A program made the position numbers and the translations under genes. Below, in pieces: positions 16,301 through 27,689 of a stretch of DNA of 64,000 nucleotides. How positions within the stretch are numbered: the stretch's first letter is position 1; every line of letters starts with the position of its first letter. Source of the stretch: the human T2T-CHM13v2.0 reference genome, Homo sapiens; assembly GCF_009914755.1 (NCBI RefSeq), contig NC_060925.1; one strand, 5' to 3'. The notes beneath the pieces are model-generated. The model made no database searches. It was not told where the DNA came from and worked only from the letters and a program-made list of their open reading frames with translations.

Positions 16301-18552
16301 GTTTGGATTCTAAGATTTAGGAGTCCATTTGAGGTCCTTGAAGGAGTGTGCAGAGAGGAGGATAATCTTTCCAGGGCTGTAAAATGGACTAGAGGGGAGG
16401 ACAGGGCTATGATGGCATGTAGCCCTGTTAAGCTTTGTAGCACTGATCATGGACTTGTGTACCCACCTCCAATCTCATATGTCTCCCTTACCATTCAGTA
16501 TAAATTGAAAATATGAACCATTTTTTTATTCAAGTTGGGGGCACTTCCTCCATGGATTATTTGGAAAATAATATTACTGTCTATTATAGTGCATCTCAGT
16601 GTCCCCTGGAAAGAAAAATACCTGCTTCTTGCCCACCAGCAAGGCTGAACTTCTGGAACCCTGAAGGGAAAGGAGCCACGTTCAGAACATGTACTTGAAA
16701 AATTTAGGGAGAAAATGCTGCTCCCTAACTCATCTAGTAGGTGACTATGTCCTCAGGTACTTAGAATCCTTATTTAACATGTAATCTTCATAGTTTGGGA
16801 TGATCTCAGTCATAATTCACACATAGTGGCATGACTGGAAGCTGGTGTGTGTGGGTTGTGTATTTGTGTGTATTTACACATTCATGTGTCTGTGGTGCAT
16901 GTATGTGTGTCCTTTAAAGAGGCTGGGGATGAGGGATAATAAATTTGCCTGGTTCCCCTCTGATCTCTGGGAATCTGACTATTGCAGTGGGAACTGCAGG
17001 CTAAGCTGGGGAGATTGAAGAGAAGAGACAAAAGAGACAAGTTTTTTTGTTTGTTTGTTTGCATTAAAAATTGAGCATATAGCAGGTTGTCTTGTTTGCA
17101 TGAGGAATAGAGGTGGTGGTGGGGACAGGTGAGAGAAGAGGATAATTTTTAATACCTTTTTGTAGGACCAGTTTAAATCACCTGAAACTATTCTAAGCTT
17201 TCCCATGAGATGAATACCAGTTTTTTGACAGATAACACACACAATGATAGCTTCTGCTTTCATTTCCTGTAACAAATAATGCATCTTTCTTTTCTCCAAG
17301 TTCCATATAATAAAACAAAGAACCTGCCATGTTGCAAAAAAGTGTGATGAGGGACAAGTGAAGAACATCAAAAGGGCCCATGAGCAGGTCTGGGTCTAGG
17401 GACAGAGGTGAGGAAGAAGATGCCACAGAATGTGGAGAAGCTGAGATGGTGTGTGATGGCTTAGGGAGCTCTGCTACAATGTCCTCACCAATAGGTGCTA
17501 GAAACAGCCAAAGTTTAATTATTTCTTTCCTCTCTGTTAAGATTGTGACAGTAAAATGAAACCTTTGCATGTGAGGTGCTTAGCAATGGATCTGACACAT
17601 TCTAGGTCCTTGATCAATTGCCCCAGGGGGTCAGGAGAGGAAGGAGCCAAGGATAATACCCAGGTTCCTGGATGGGGCCATTTGCTGAGAATGAGAACAC
17701 AGAAATAGGCTAGAAGGTAAAGATAAAGCAGTGAACACACTGAGCGTGAGGTGCCAGTGGAGACGTCTAGTAGAGAGCTGAATGCAGGGTCTGATGCTGA
17801 GCAGAGGGTAGGGGGTGGAGATACAGACGTGGGCATTAGCAGCATGGGAATGAACATTGAAAGTAGGGAAGTAGATGTCCTAGTGAGAACACAAAATATG
17901 AGATGAAAATCGGCTCATGACAAGACCCAGTGCTTGAGGGGAGCATGGAGGTGCAGAAAGAGGAAGCAGCAAAGGAGCCAGGATCCAGGAGAGAGTGATA
18001 TCAGGGAAACCAAGGAAGAGAGTTCTCAGAAAGAGAAAGAGAAAGAGGTCAACAGTGCCAAATGCTGGGAGGTTCCTGGTCACCTGGTGGAGTTCTCAGG
18101 GGTACTTGCTGGTGGAGGAAGTCCGAGGATTCAGTGTCTTGGAGCAAGTGTAGAAGTCTAGCTGTGACATGGAAGATGAAGAAACAGGAGATAGTTGCAG
18201 GGTGAGGTTAAGGGGATGCTGAGAGGGGAGAGTCCTGAGAATGTTTAAGGGCTGTAGCAAAGGAGTGAGCAGGGTCCATGGAACACACCAGAGAAAGGGG
18301 AGCTGCATCAGAGATCAGTGTTCCTGAAACAGTGGGAGGAAAAGGGACTTGAACCACAGGAGAAGGCACTCACTTTAGATAACAGGAGCACATTGCTTTG
18401 TGTGGGGACAGGAGAGAGTTAGGACAGATGAATATAAAGGCGGGTCAGTGGGAAGTGTGCTGGTAGGAACTTGAAGACATTACTTTCTACTGTTCATTTT
18501 TCTCTGAAAAATGGGAGGTTCTGTCATTTGTCATGAGTGATAAGGTAGGTTG

Positions 18553-18972
18553 GTGTCTTAGTCTGCTCAGGCTGCCATGACAGAACACCATAGACTGAAT
18601 AGGTTAAACAACAGAAATTTATTTTTTCACAATACTGGGGGTTGGACATCCAAGATCAGGGAGCCAGCATGGTTGGGTTCTGGTGAGGTCTCTCTGGCTT
18701 GCAGATGGCTGCCTTCTTACTGTGTGCTCATATGGTGGCTAGAGAGTGATGGGGGTGGGCTGGGGGTGGGTGGGGGGGAGAGAGAGAGAGAGAGAGAGAG
18801 ATTCGTCTTATTAGAGACCACTAATCCCATCACAAAGACTCCACCCTCATGATCTCATCTAATCTAATTACTTCCCAAAGGTCTGATCTCCAAACACCAT
18901 CACACTGGGCTTTAGGATCCAATATATGAATTTTGGGAGGGGAGGATAATGCATTTCAGTCAGTCCATAGCA
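18553..18972 (-). mobile_element. MLT1A-type solo LTR
   Basis: 'gtcttagtctgctcaggctgccatgacagaacaccatagactg...aaacaacagaaatttatt...cagtccatagca'. Confidence 0.85.
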
Positions 18973-19004
18973 GATGGAAGTTTGAGAGAATGTGAGAGGC
19001 AGTC

Positions 19005-19255
19005 AGCAGAAAGATGAAAATGTGGGCTCTGGATTCAAACTACCTGGATTTAAATCCTGGTTCTGATACTTCCTAGTTGTGAGGACTTGAGAAATGACTT
19101 AGTCTTTCTATGTCTCTTCCTTCATAATTTGTAAATGGGGATAGTGACATCTATCTCACAGAGTGCTTATGAGGATTAGATGAGTTAAAACATGCAGAAT
19201 GATTAGAAGAGTCATGGCGCATAGGAAGCACTCAATATGTGATAGCTATTATTAG
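19005..19255 (+). mobile_element. MIR SINE, near full length
   Basis: MIR core plus 'gaggattagatgagttaa...aagcactcaata'. Confidence 0.8.
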
Positions 19256-20429
19256 TTTATATTATCTTTAGCTGTCATGCACTTAACTGATTGTTGAATG
19301 GTGTTAACATTTTGTTCTGGTTAGGTATCGTGAATTTGTGATAGGTCATCCAGAAGACTGGTGTTCTGTTAGGCAGTGTGAGTGTTGTGCAGAGGTTGGA
19401 TCAATACAAGGTTCATGATTTGCTAAGTAGGTAAGACCTGGTGGTAGTGAAACAGAGGTATTTAGGAGCCTGGCTGGAATGTTTGATGTGCTTATCTGTG
19501 AGGTTTTAGCAGGGTAGTAAAAGAGGTGTGCTAGATATAGTGAGCAGGTACTCAATGGAGTTCCTCTACCCTGGAGGCAGTAAAGCGAACCCCACATTTA
19601 CCAGGCTCTGCGGCAGCTGGGGCTCTGAATGTGATTTAAACTTCATTGTCAGAGGTGGGATTGGAGGTTGGAAGTGAGGCAGAAGTCACCCTTTTGCTTT
19701 ATCTGCCCTTCTGTGTTAAGGACAGCGATGGTGTCACTGGATTTTCTGCCATAGCAGAGGCCCACATGTGTCTCTCTATATCTGTGGGTGTCGGGAGAAA
19801 AGGTGTTGGTCTTTGATTTTTCTTGAATCAATGTGCATTTAGAAGGTACTGCATGGCTCTGCAGCCAGCAGTGCTGGTGGTGACTTCCTGACCCTGAATC
19901 AGAGCTGGTTATTTGCAGCCAAGTATCCTAGTTGATGCAGTCATGGGTGCTGATGTCATGCAGGGTGAGTACAGGAATTTGGCTAGAGAAAATGTCTGAG
20001 TTTGTTTTTGGTGAGAAGTGACCAGGGGGTTGGTAGATAGATAACTGCAATAAGGAGGTGTAGAGTGTGATATAGTCAGACATATCCTCAAAGGACTGGG
20101 TATCAAACATTTTGTGGAGAAACTGTGACTGGATACAACAGAGAAGAGTAAAGAAGGCTTGACTACCTCTCTATCCTAAAATATGTGAGTGTGATAAAAT
20201 GATTAACAATCTTTTGAGAAGTTCAACGGAGAGAGGGAGAGACAGTCTCCAGTTAAGAATAACCCTTTTTACATTTATTCAAAAAAATTTAGTTTTGTGC
20301 ATTGTATCTTTTCTTCTTCAGTTATGTTTTATATTTGGTTGTAATATATCATGTATTTTAATATGTTGACCTTAAATTCAGGACAGTTAAATGAATTCTG
20401 TTATGTAAATATTATATATTATATTATTA

Positions 20430-21340
20430 ATGTTTATATTAAGCTGATATTAATACAATTCAGGTACATATAAATTAATATGTCAATTGTAATCCCCAGG
20501 AAAACCACTTAGAAAATAACTACAAAATATACAGTATAAGAAAGGAACTAAAATGACACCATACAAAATAATTGTTTAATACGAAAAAGGTGACAATGTA
20601 GGAATAAAGAATTATAATAATTATAAACATACATATACGCAACTAACAAAAGAGCCTTAAAAGATGAGGCAAAAACTGACAGAATCAAAAGTATGAATAG
20701 ATAATTCAACAATAGCAATTTAAGACTTTAATAAAACAATTTCAATAATGGCTAGAAAATCTATTCAGAAAATAGAAGACAATAGAATACCCTAAACCAG
20801 TTAGACCTAACGGAAGTTTGTTGAACACTTCATCTTTCTTCTTTTGAACTGCTTGTTCGCTATTGAGCTAATCACACATTCTTTTCAACTGTACATGGAA
20901 TGTTCTTTCAAAAAGACAACATATTAGGCCATAAAACTTTATTTCATAAGCTTCAATAAACTTAAAAAGTGTGAAATCATACAAAGTATGTTCTCCAAAG
21001 CCAATGGAATGAAATTAGAAATCAGTAACAACAAGACATTGGGAAAAATCACACATCTATGAAAATTTAAAAATGAGCTCTTCAACAACTAAAGCGTCAA
21101 AGAGGAAATAACAATGGAATTAGAAAATACTTTGAGATGAAAAAGTCTGGAAACACAACACACCAAAACTTACAGGATATATTGAAAGCAGTATGCAGAG
21201 GGCAGCTTATAGCTATTAATGCCTATGTTAAACAAAAGGAAAGATCTTAGATCAATATCTTAACCTTCCAACTTAAGAATCTAGAAAAAGAATAGCAAAC
21301 CAAACCCAAAGCAAGCAGAAGGAAGAAAATATAAAGATTA
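20430..21340 (+). mobile_element. L1M ORF2 5' remnant
   Basis: 'aaatcatacaaagtatgttctcc...aatggaatgaaattagaaatc', 'aaacccaaagcaagcagaaggaag'. Confidence 0.75.
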
Positions 21341-22465
21341 AATATTCCATTGTATGCATATACTACAATTTGTTAATTCATTCATTAGATGATGAACATT
21401 TCCGTTATTTTCACCTTTATTATGAATAATGTCATGTTTTTATATAAATATGTTTTCAATTTTGTTGGAAGTTTACCAGGGAGTGGAATTGCTCAGTCAT
21501 GTGTGAGCTATATGATTAACATTTTGAGAAACTGCCAAACTGCTTTCCAATGTGGCTGCATCATTTCACATTCCCTTCAGCAATAAATGAGGGTTCTGAT
21601 TTTTCCACATGCTTGTCAGCATTTGGTATTGTGTGACTCTTAAATTATAATATCATGGTAGATATAAAGAAGTATCTCATTGTGACTTTGATTTTCATTT
21701 CTTTAATAGCTAATGATGTGAAATATTTTTTCACCTCATTTGAGATATGTCTATTCAAATTATTTGCTCATTAAAAAATATTGAGTTATTTATGTTCTTA
21801 TCATTTAGGTATAAGAGCTCTTTATATTTTCTGGATAGTAGACTCTTATAAGGTATATGATTTGCAAATATTTTGTTCCATTTCCTGGGTCATCGTTCAC
21901 TTTCTTGATAATGTTCTTTGCCGCATATAAGTTTTTAGTTTTGTTGAAGTCCAATTTATCTGTTTTTAGTTTGGTTGTTTGCGTTTTAGACATCATATCT
22001 AAGAAACTACTGCCTAATAAACAAATAATTTCATTCATGAAAGTTTTCAGCTATGTTCTTCTTAGAGTTTTTTAGTTTTAGCTCTTACAATCTAGTCTTT
22101 GATACATTTTGAATTAATTTTTGTTTATGGTATAAGGTATGTTGTATTTTCAAGGTTTTTTAAAAAATCTTAAAAGTGTTTTCTAATTCCACTGTGATTT
22201 CTTCTTTGACACATTGGTTGTTGAAGAGTACCTTTTAAAATTTTCACAGATTTGTGATTTTCCCAAACTTCTTAACATTATTGATTTCTAATTTCATCCT
22301 ATTGAATTGTTCTGTCACCCTTGTTGAAAATCAATTGACTATTGATGGGTGGATTTATTTCTGGGCTTTCAATTTTATTCCTGTTATCAATCCTCATGTC
22401 AGTGCTACATCATCTTGATTATTTTAGCTTTCTGCTGAGTTTTGAAATTGTGAAGCGTATCTTCT
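21341..22465 (-). mobile_element. L1M (L1MB-like) fragments, antisense
   Basis: Antisense L1 3' ORF2 motifs ('gagaaactgccaaactgctttccaatgtggctg', 'gatttgcaaatatttt'). Confidence 0.75.
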
Positions 22466-22894
22466 GTCTTTATTCATATATTTATGTGGGCATAAAGGAA
22501 GTCTAAAAGTTGAAACAGTTAACAGAGGTTATTTTCTGAGATTTTTTTTTGTATCATCAGATTCTCTGTAATATTTAACAGAAAAAGAGTTTGTCTATCA
22601 CAGTTTTTTAGCACACAAGTGACATGGTCAGTGCTGTGCTTCAAATGGATAAAGCCACATTATGTCAACAAGAGGCTTGTTATCTTGGTAACCAGTTACA
22701 GTTTTTATGTCCATTCTCCCCTTTTAGCATTCTATTGTGTTGAAACAACCCCTTCAGGATCTTTATTGAAATCACTCTTAATCATCTCTGGATTTGTGTA
22801 GACAGTACAGGCAAAGTGAACTTTTGGTCTAACTGATCCAAATGAACAATCCTTTGAATTGCTAACAACCCTGGCTGTTCATTAGAACACATGC

Positions 22895-22898
<4 letters not shown>

Positions 22899-22931
<33 letters not shown>

Positions 22932-23071
22932 AGATGGAGTCTTGCTCTGTCGCCCAGGCTGGAGTGCAGTGGCGTGATCTCGGCTCACTGCAAGCTCTGC
23001 CTCCCAGGTTCATGCCATTCTCCTGCCTCAGCCTCCTGAGTAGCTGGGACTACAGGTGCCCGCCACCATGC
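22899..23071 (-). mobile_element. 5'-truncated AluY (right arm only) inserted in a MER5-like fragment
   Basis: 32-nt pure polyT, AluY right-arm sequence, TSD 'catgcagag' at 22890-22898 and 23072-23080. Confidence 0.9.
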
Positions 23072-25642
23072 CATGCAGAGCTTTTAAAAACACAGATGCC
23101 TGGACCCTATCCCCAAACTGTGGATCATCTGTGTTTCTTAAAAAGTCAATATGCAATTCTCATGCATAATTGCACTTGAGAACTCAAACGTGGTTTTCAT
23201 GGAATCTTCATAAAATTCAAATGGGAATGTATGTAGCAAGGAGGGGCTGCCACATACATAAGACACAGCTTGTCTTCCAAGACAATCCTCAGCATGTCCT
23301 CAGTGTACAACACAATAATTAATGGCTGAGGAAGGAATGAATGAATGATGATACCCCACAGGTTGGCCTTATACTGGTGTGTTCACCAAGGTTCTGAGTC
23401 TGACCCTCAGACCCTGAGACTGAGCCTAGTGGCTCCATGCTCCATCAAATAATGTCCAAAGCTGACCTGTCTTGGGGATGCAAAATCTTGCTAACAGATG
23501 TGATAGACTATGAATAGATGAGTCCAGAATGCATATTTATTAATTGACAGTAAGAAGTATACTTGTCAACGTGACTGGATATTTCTGTTACCCTAACCAG
23601 TGCACCCTCTTTCCAAAGACAGACAACATGGGAAACTAAGACATCCATAAGTTGCTTGGAGAGCTGGGAGTCAGGGCCAGTGAGCAGATGCTGCTAGTGT
23701 GGATTCCACCGACAATCTGGAGTCTGAGCTTTTCTTGTACATTGTAGGACTTACCGGATCAGGGCAATACGACTTACGGGATCAGTGCAAAATAATCTCC
23801 TCCAGCTTAACAGGGCACTTTATTTGTCTCTGTCACTTACCTTTCTTTGTGCTTCATTTCTTATTATCTGTCTTTCTGATTGACATATTGTTTCTTAGGT
23901 CATGTGAGATTAAGTCTTACCCTGGATTGTAAACTAGAATTTCTATACCTCTCCTGTGATCTAGCTATACAGAATTACATTTAACTGCTAAAACACAAAC
24001 AAACAAACAAAACCACCCAACCATATTTCCCTTACTTCCAAATTCTTAGTAAAGGGAGTGGAGGAGGAGGACATCCCTCAGTGTATCACATACCATATAG
24101 TACCTGCTGAATCACCAAACTGCATTGGTAAACAGACCCAGTGAGAAAAACTGTGAACTGGTGAATGGGATTCTGTAGCTCTCAAGGTTAGAATCTTCAC
24201 CAGATTTATCACTTAGCCTTTGAGCAAGCTGCTCTCACATATGAAATAGCCAAACAACACCAAGAACAAACTCTAAGAGATATAATATACAATTAACATC
24301 TATTTAGTGTAAAATGCTCACTAAATGAACAATTTCTAGAAAAACATACATTACTTAAATTGATTTACATGTGTGTATAAACCTCAAAAAACCAACACAG
24401 GAAATATTGTAAAACTTATATTAGTCTTTCCTCTTTCAAGCACGTAAGGACCAAATCCTACTGACAGTGGATTCACTCAAACTTGTAATGAATAGATCAT
24501 TTTTGTAATAACAAATACAATGTATATCTTGGCAGAAGATAGAAAGCTTTCATTTGTGGTTCAGAAAACTTGATGAACAAGGAATAAAGTCCCATCCAGT
24601 TGTCAAGGCTGCTTGGGTAGTTCTTACTCCCCTTCTGCTGGAAACTCTTTCCTAGTGTTAGACTTCCAACTTCCCAAGGAGCCCGAGGAGCACAAGGCCT
24701 TTTGCAAGCATCGTCCACAGTAATGGGAATAAGAGTGAAGTTCCAGTCCCTGTTGGGTCAGACACAGAGCAGGGAGAGAGAGGCCGCTGGGTAACTGGGT
24801 CCTGGGGCTGCCATGCTTCCTGCAGGGGACTGGCTCAGTACCAGGCACTCTGCTCCACCTGACAGTTTGTGGCTGGGAATAAGTCTATGTGATTTTTGTC
24901 AAAGAGAGTTACCTAGAATCTAAGAATGTGCTGTTGGAAGGAAACTTACCATAAAGTCCTGCCCCCTTCTGCACTTATAACACCCCTATCAAATGGCCAT
25001 GGCCGTGCTTATGCCCCACCAATGACAGGGACCTCAGTGTGTCCTAAGGCTTCCATTCCATTTTTGTATGACTCTGACCACATAAAGATCTTCTCTAATA
25101 TTATGAGTTAAAACTTGCCTTTCTGTAATTTCTTCATGTTTCCCGGTTGAAATCACTTGCTACAAATATGACTCCTCACACACTCAGTGGCTGTTCAAGT
25201 AGGATTCAGAGCAAAGCAGAGGTAAGTGCCTAGTATAGCTGCTCTTTTCTCTTCCTAAAACCCCTGATTCCATTCCTTCCCCGGGTAGTTTCCTGGGGCA
25301 TATGCAAATTTTTACTATTGGTGGGTCTTCCCAGCTGGCTTTTATTGTCGAGAGGTGGCAAGGTTGGCATGAGATGGTCAGCACAACTCCCCTTCCCCCA
25401 GTCTCCAGGAAAAGAAGTGTCTTCTAAGCTGAGTATATTCACCTTGCTTGGCACATTTTTGAGCCCAACATACTTCCCCAAGGTTTTTGGTGGCAGTTTT
25501 CTGGTCCACATAGTTGCTGACCACACAAGTGAGGCTGGCATTGAACTGGCTCGGGGGCAGGCTCACAGCCAGAATCCATGGGTTGGAGGCTGGTCCTAGT
25601 GTCCCTATCTGCTCCAGCTCCTGGGGAGGCCCTGGCTCTCTC

Positions 25643-25659
25643 AGGTCACGTTCAGGTCA
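25643..25659 (+). promoter_or_regulatory. Consensus DR5 nuclear-receptor element (candidate RARE)
   Basis: AGGTCA-cgttc-AGGTCA, both half-sites perfect; function not shown. Confidence 0.55.
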
Positions 25660-25720
25660 TCTGTGGTCCCTGGAACCCTTCACTCCATGGTGATGTTGCA
25701 CCAGCCTGGTGTAATGGATG

Positions 25721-25730
25721 ATGACTCAGC
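25721..25730 (+). promoter_or_regulatory. AP-1 / ARE (NRF2-MAF)-type motif
   Basis: ATGACTCAGC, ~60 bp from the DR5. Confidence 0.4.
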
Positions 25731-25789
25731 CAGGATCTGGGGGAGGGGCACAGACTCTGGGAAGGAGGAAATAAAATAATAATTATTAT

Positions 25790-25970
25790 AATTCTAAGGC
25801 ATGTTCTTCATTGATTATCTAACTTAGTTTCAGAGCACATTGATGAGCAGGCAAGATATTTCACAGCCAAAGAAACCAAGATTTGAAGAAGTAAAATAGT
25901 TTGCCCAAAGTCATATCCTGAGAAAGTGATACAGAACCCCAGATTTAGAGAAGGTGTAACAGCCAAAGTC
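25790..25970 (-). mobile_element. MIR fragment
   Basis: 'attttcacagccaaagaaaccaag...gtttgcccaaagtcata'. Confidence 0.55.
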
Positions 25971-27689
25971 TTGTAGCTTCCTCCACCACTTCTGTGTCCC
26001 CTGCCTGTACTACACGCAGCTGAATCCACATTCATTGCCCTTCAAATGCCTCATCAGATCCTTTACAATCCTCAGAGAACTTGGAGGGTACAATAAAACC
26101 TCTTGGGAAAATGCCTTCCACTGAAGAATTTGCAAAGCTAGTTCTGAAAACTGGGTTTGAGACTCTTAAGCTCTCATTTATATTGAAGGCATAAAAACTT
26201 AGGATTTGGTGATCATGGGAAAAAAAGTTCTTTGGAAAGAGCTATGCTATGGGTCCCCTCCACACCCCATGGGTACCTACCCTTCACCTCAAGCTTGGTG
26301 AGAGTGGCATCAATAAGACCATTCAGAGAACTTGATGTGTGTCCCCTGCAGCTTGGGGATGCACTGGACAGGTGCTTGACTCACATCTGAGCCTATGGCC
26401 GCAGAGTCAGGACTACCAGTGAGGAAACTGCATCCCCATTGAGGAGTCAAATGAAACTGCTTTTCATCTGCTGGACACGGGACCTTAAAAGAATTTGTCA
26501 AGAGGGTCACTTGAAGGAGCAATAGAACCCTAGTAGGGAAAGTCTGTATGAAAACGGACCAGCCGGGAAACAGGGGCCAAAGAGAGAGTCATCAGTGGTC
26601 ACACTGAGAGTGCATTGTGAATGACAAAGTAGGTGACAGATTTGCAGCATGGGTGAAAAAAGCTATCTATCCAGGGAAGCTATGAAAATGCCCTGGGGGA
26701 GAAAGAATTAGCATGCACACTATCAAGCCCAGAGAACCAACTGATGACCACGTAGAACTACTCAGGAAAGCCTTTCCCATCTCTTTCATCTCCATCCTCT
26801 TTACTGCTTCTCCCTGCCTGTCCTCATGGAGTTGGGGGAAGGAGGTCCATCTTTTGGCTCTTCTTCACCATTGTAGGTGTTTGCAGGGAATTTTATCCTG
26901 GTCTTTGGGTATCACTCTCCACATCTGCTGCTGATGGGACTGGTCCTGCTTGGCTGGGGCTGGGGTGGGCAGGTGCTGCTGACACCTGTGGTTCCTGCCA
27001 CAGCCTTTGTAATGAGGTTCATGCTCTCTGATATTCCTTATTTGAGCTCAGGCTTCTTCTGGCCCACGACCCCTCTCAGTAATTCATTTCTCTATGGAGG
27101 CCCAAGAGAACTGCAGAATCTCCCAGCATCATGCACAAGCTGAGGAGAACTTGTAGCACTTCTAGAGGCCCTTGTTCTTCTGAAACATACCATGCCCCAA
27201 TTTCTGCTCAACAGGGCCCCCTGGGAGGAGGCCCTGCCCTCCCTTGTCAAAGGTAAGTGGGACCTAATCCCCGTCTTTGTTTTTCCTGTCAACCTATCTG
27301 GAGGTCCTATCACCTGGCCTGCTCTGTTACCTTCTGCCCCACAGCGCCCTCTGTTGAGTCCTAGGAAATGGTGATATCAAGTCCCTTCTGAGTCATAATC
27401 AGAGTCTCAACTTTAGGCATTTCTTCAATGCTTACTTAGATCCAGAACATTATATATAGATGGTGGAAAATTACTCATATACATATCTTACCTAGCATTT
27501 TTTAATTTTGTGACTTGGAAGAACTCTATCCTCTGAATCTGCAATCTTTGGTTTGGAACACACAAATCTATTTTTTTTTCTATCAATAAAATTTAGTTCT
27601 TGCCCATTTTGGCAGTCAAAAGGTGAACACTGAGTTCTGCGTTCTCAGTAGGGTTCTAACCTCTGCCTGAAGTAATGGCTGACTGCATC

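Larger units (their letters stand above)
17570..20240 (-). mobile_element. L2 LINE remnant, interrupted by MLT1 and MIR
   Basis: Purine-rich L2 antisense motifs ('ggagagtgatatcagggaaaccaaggaagagag', 'gtcaacagtgccaaatgctg'). Confidence 0.65.
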
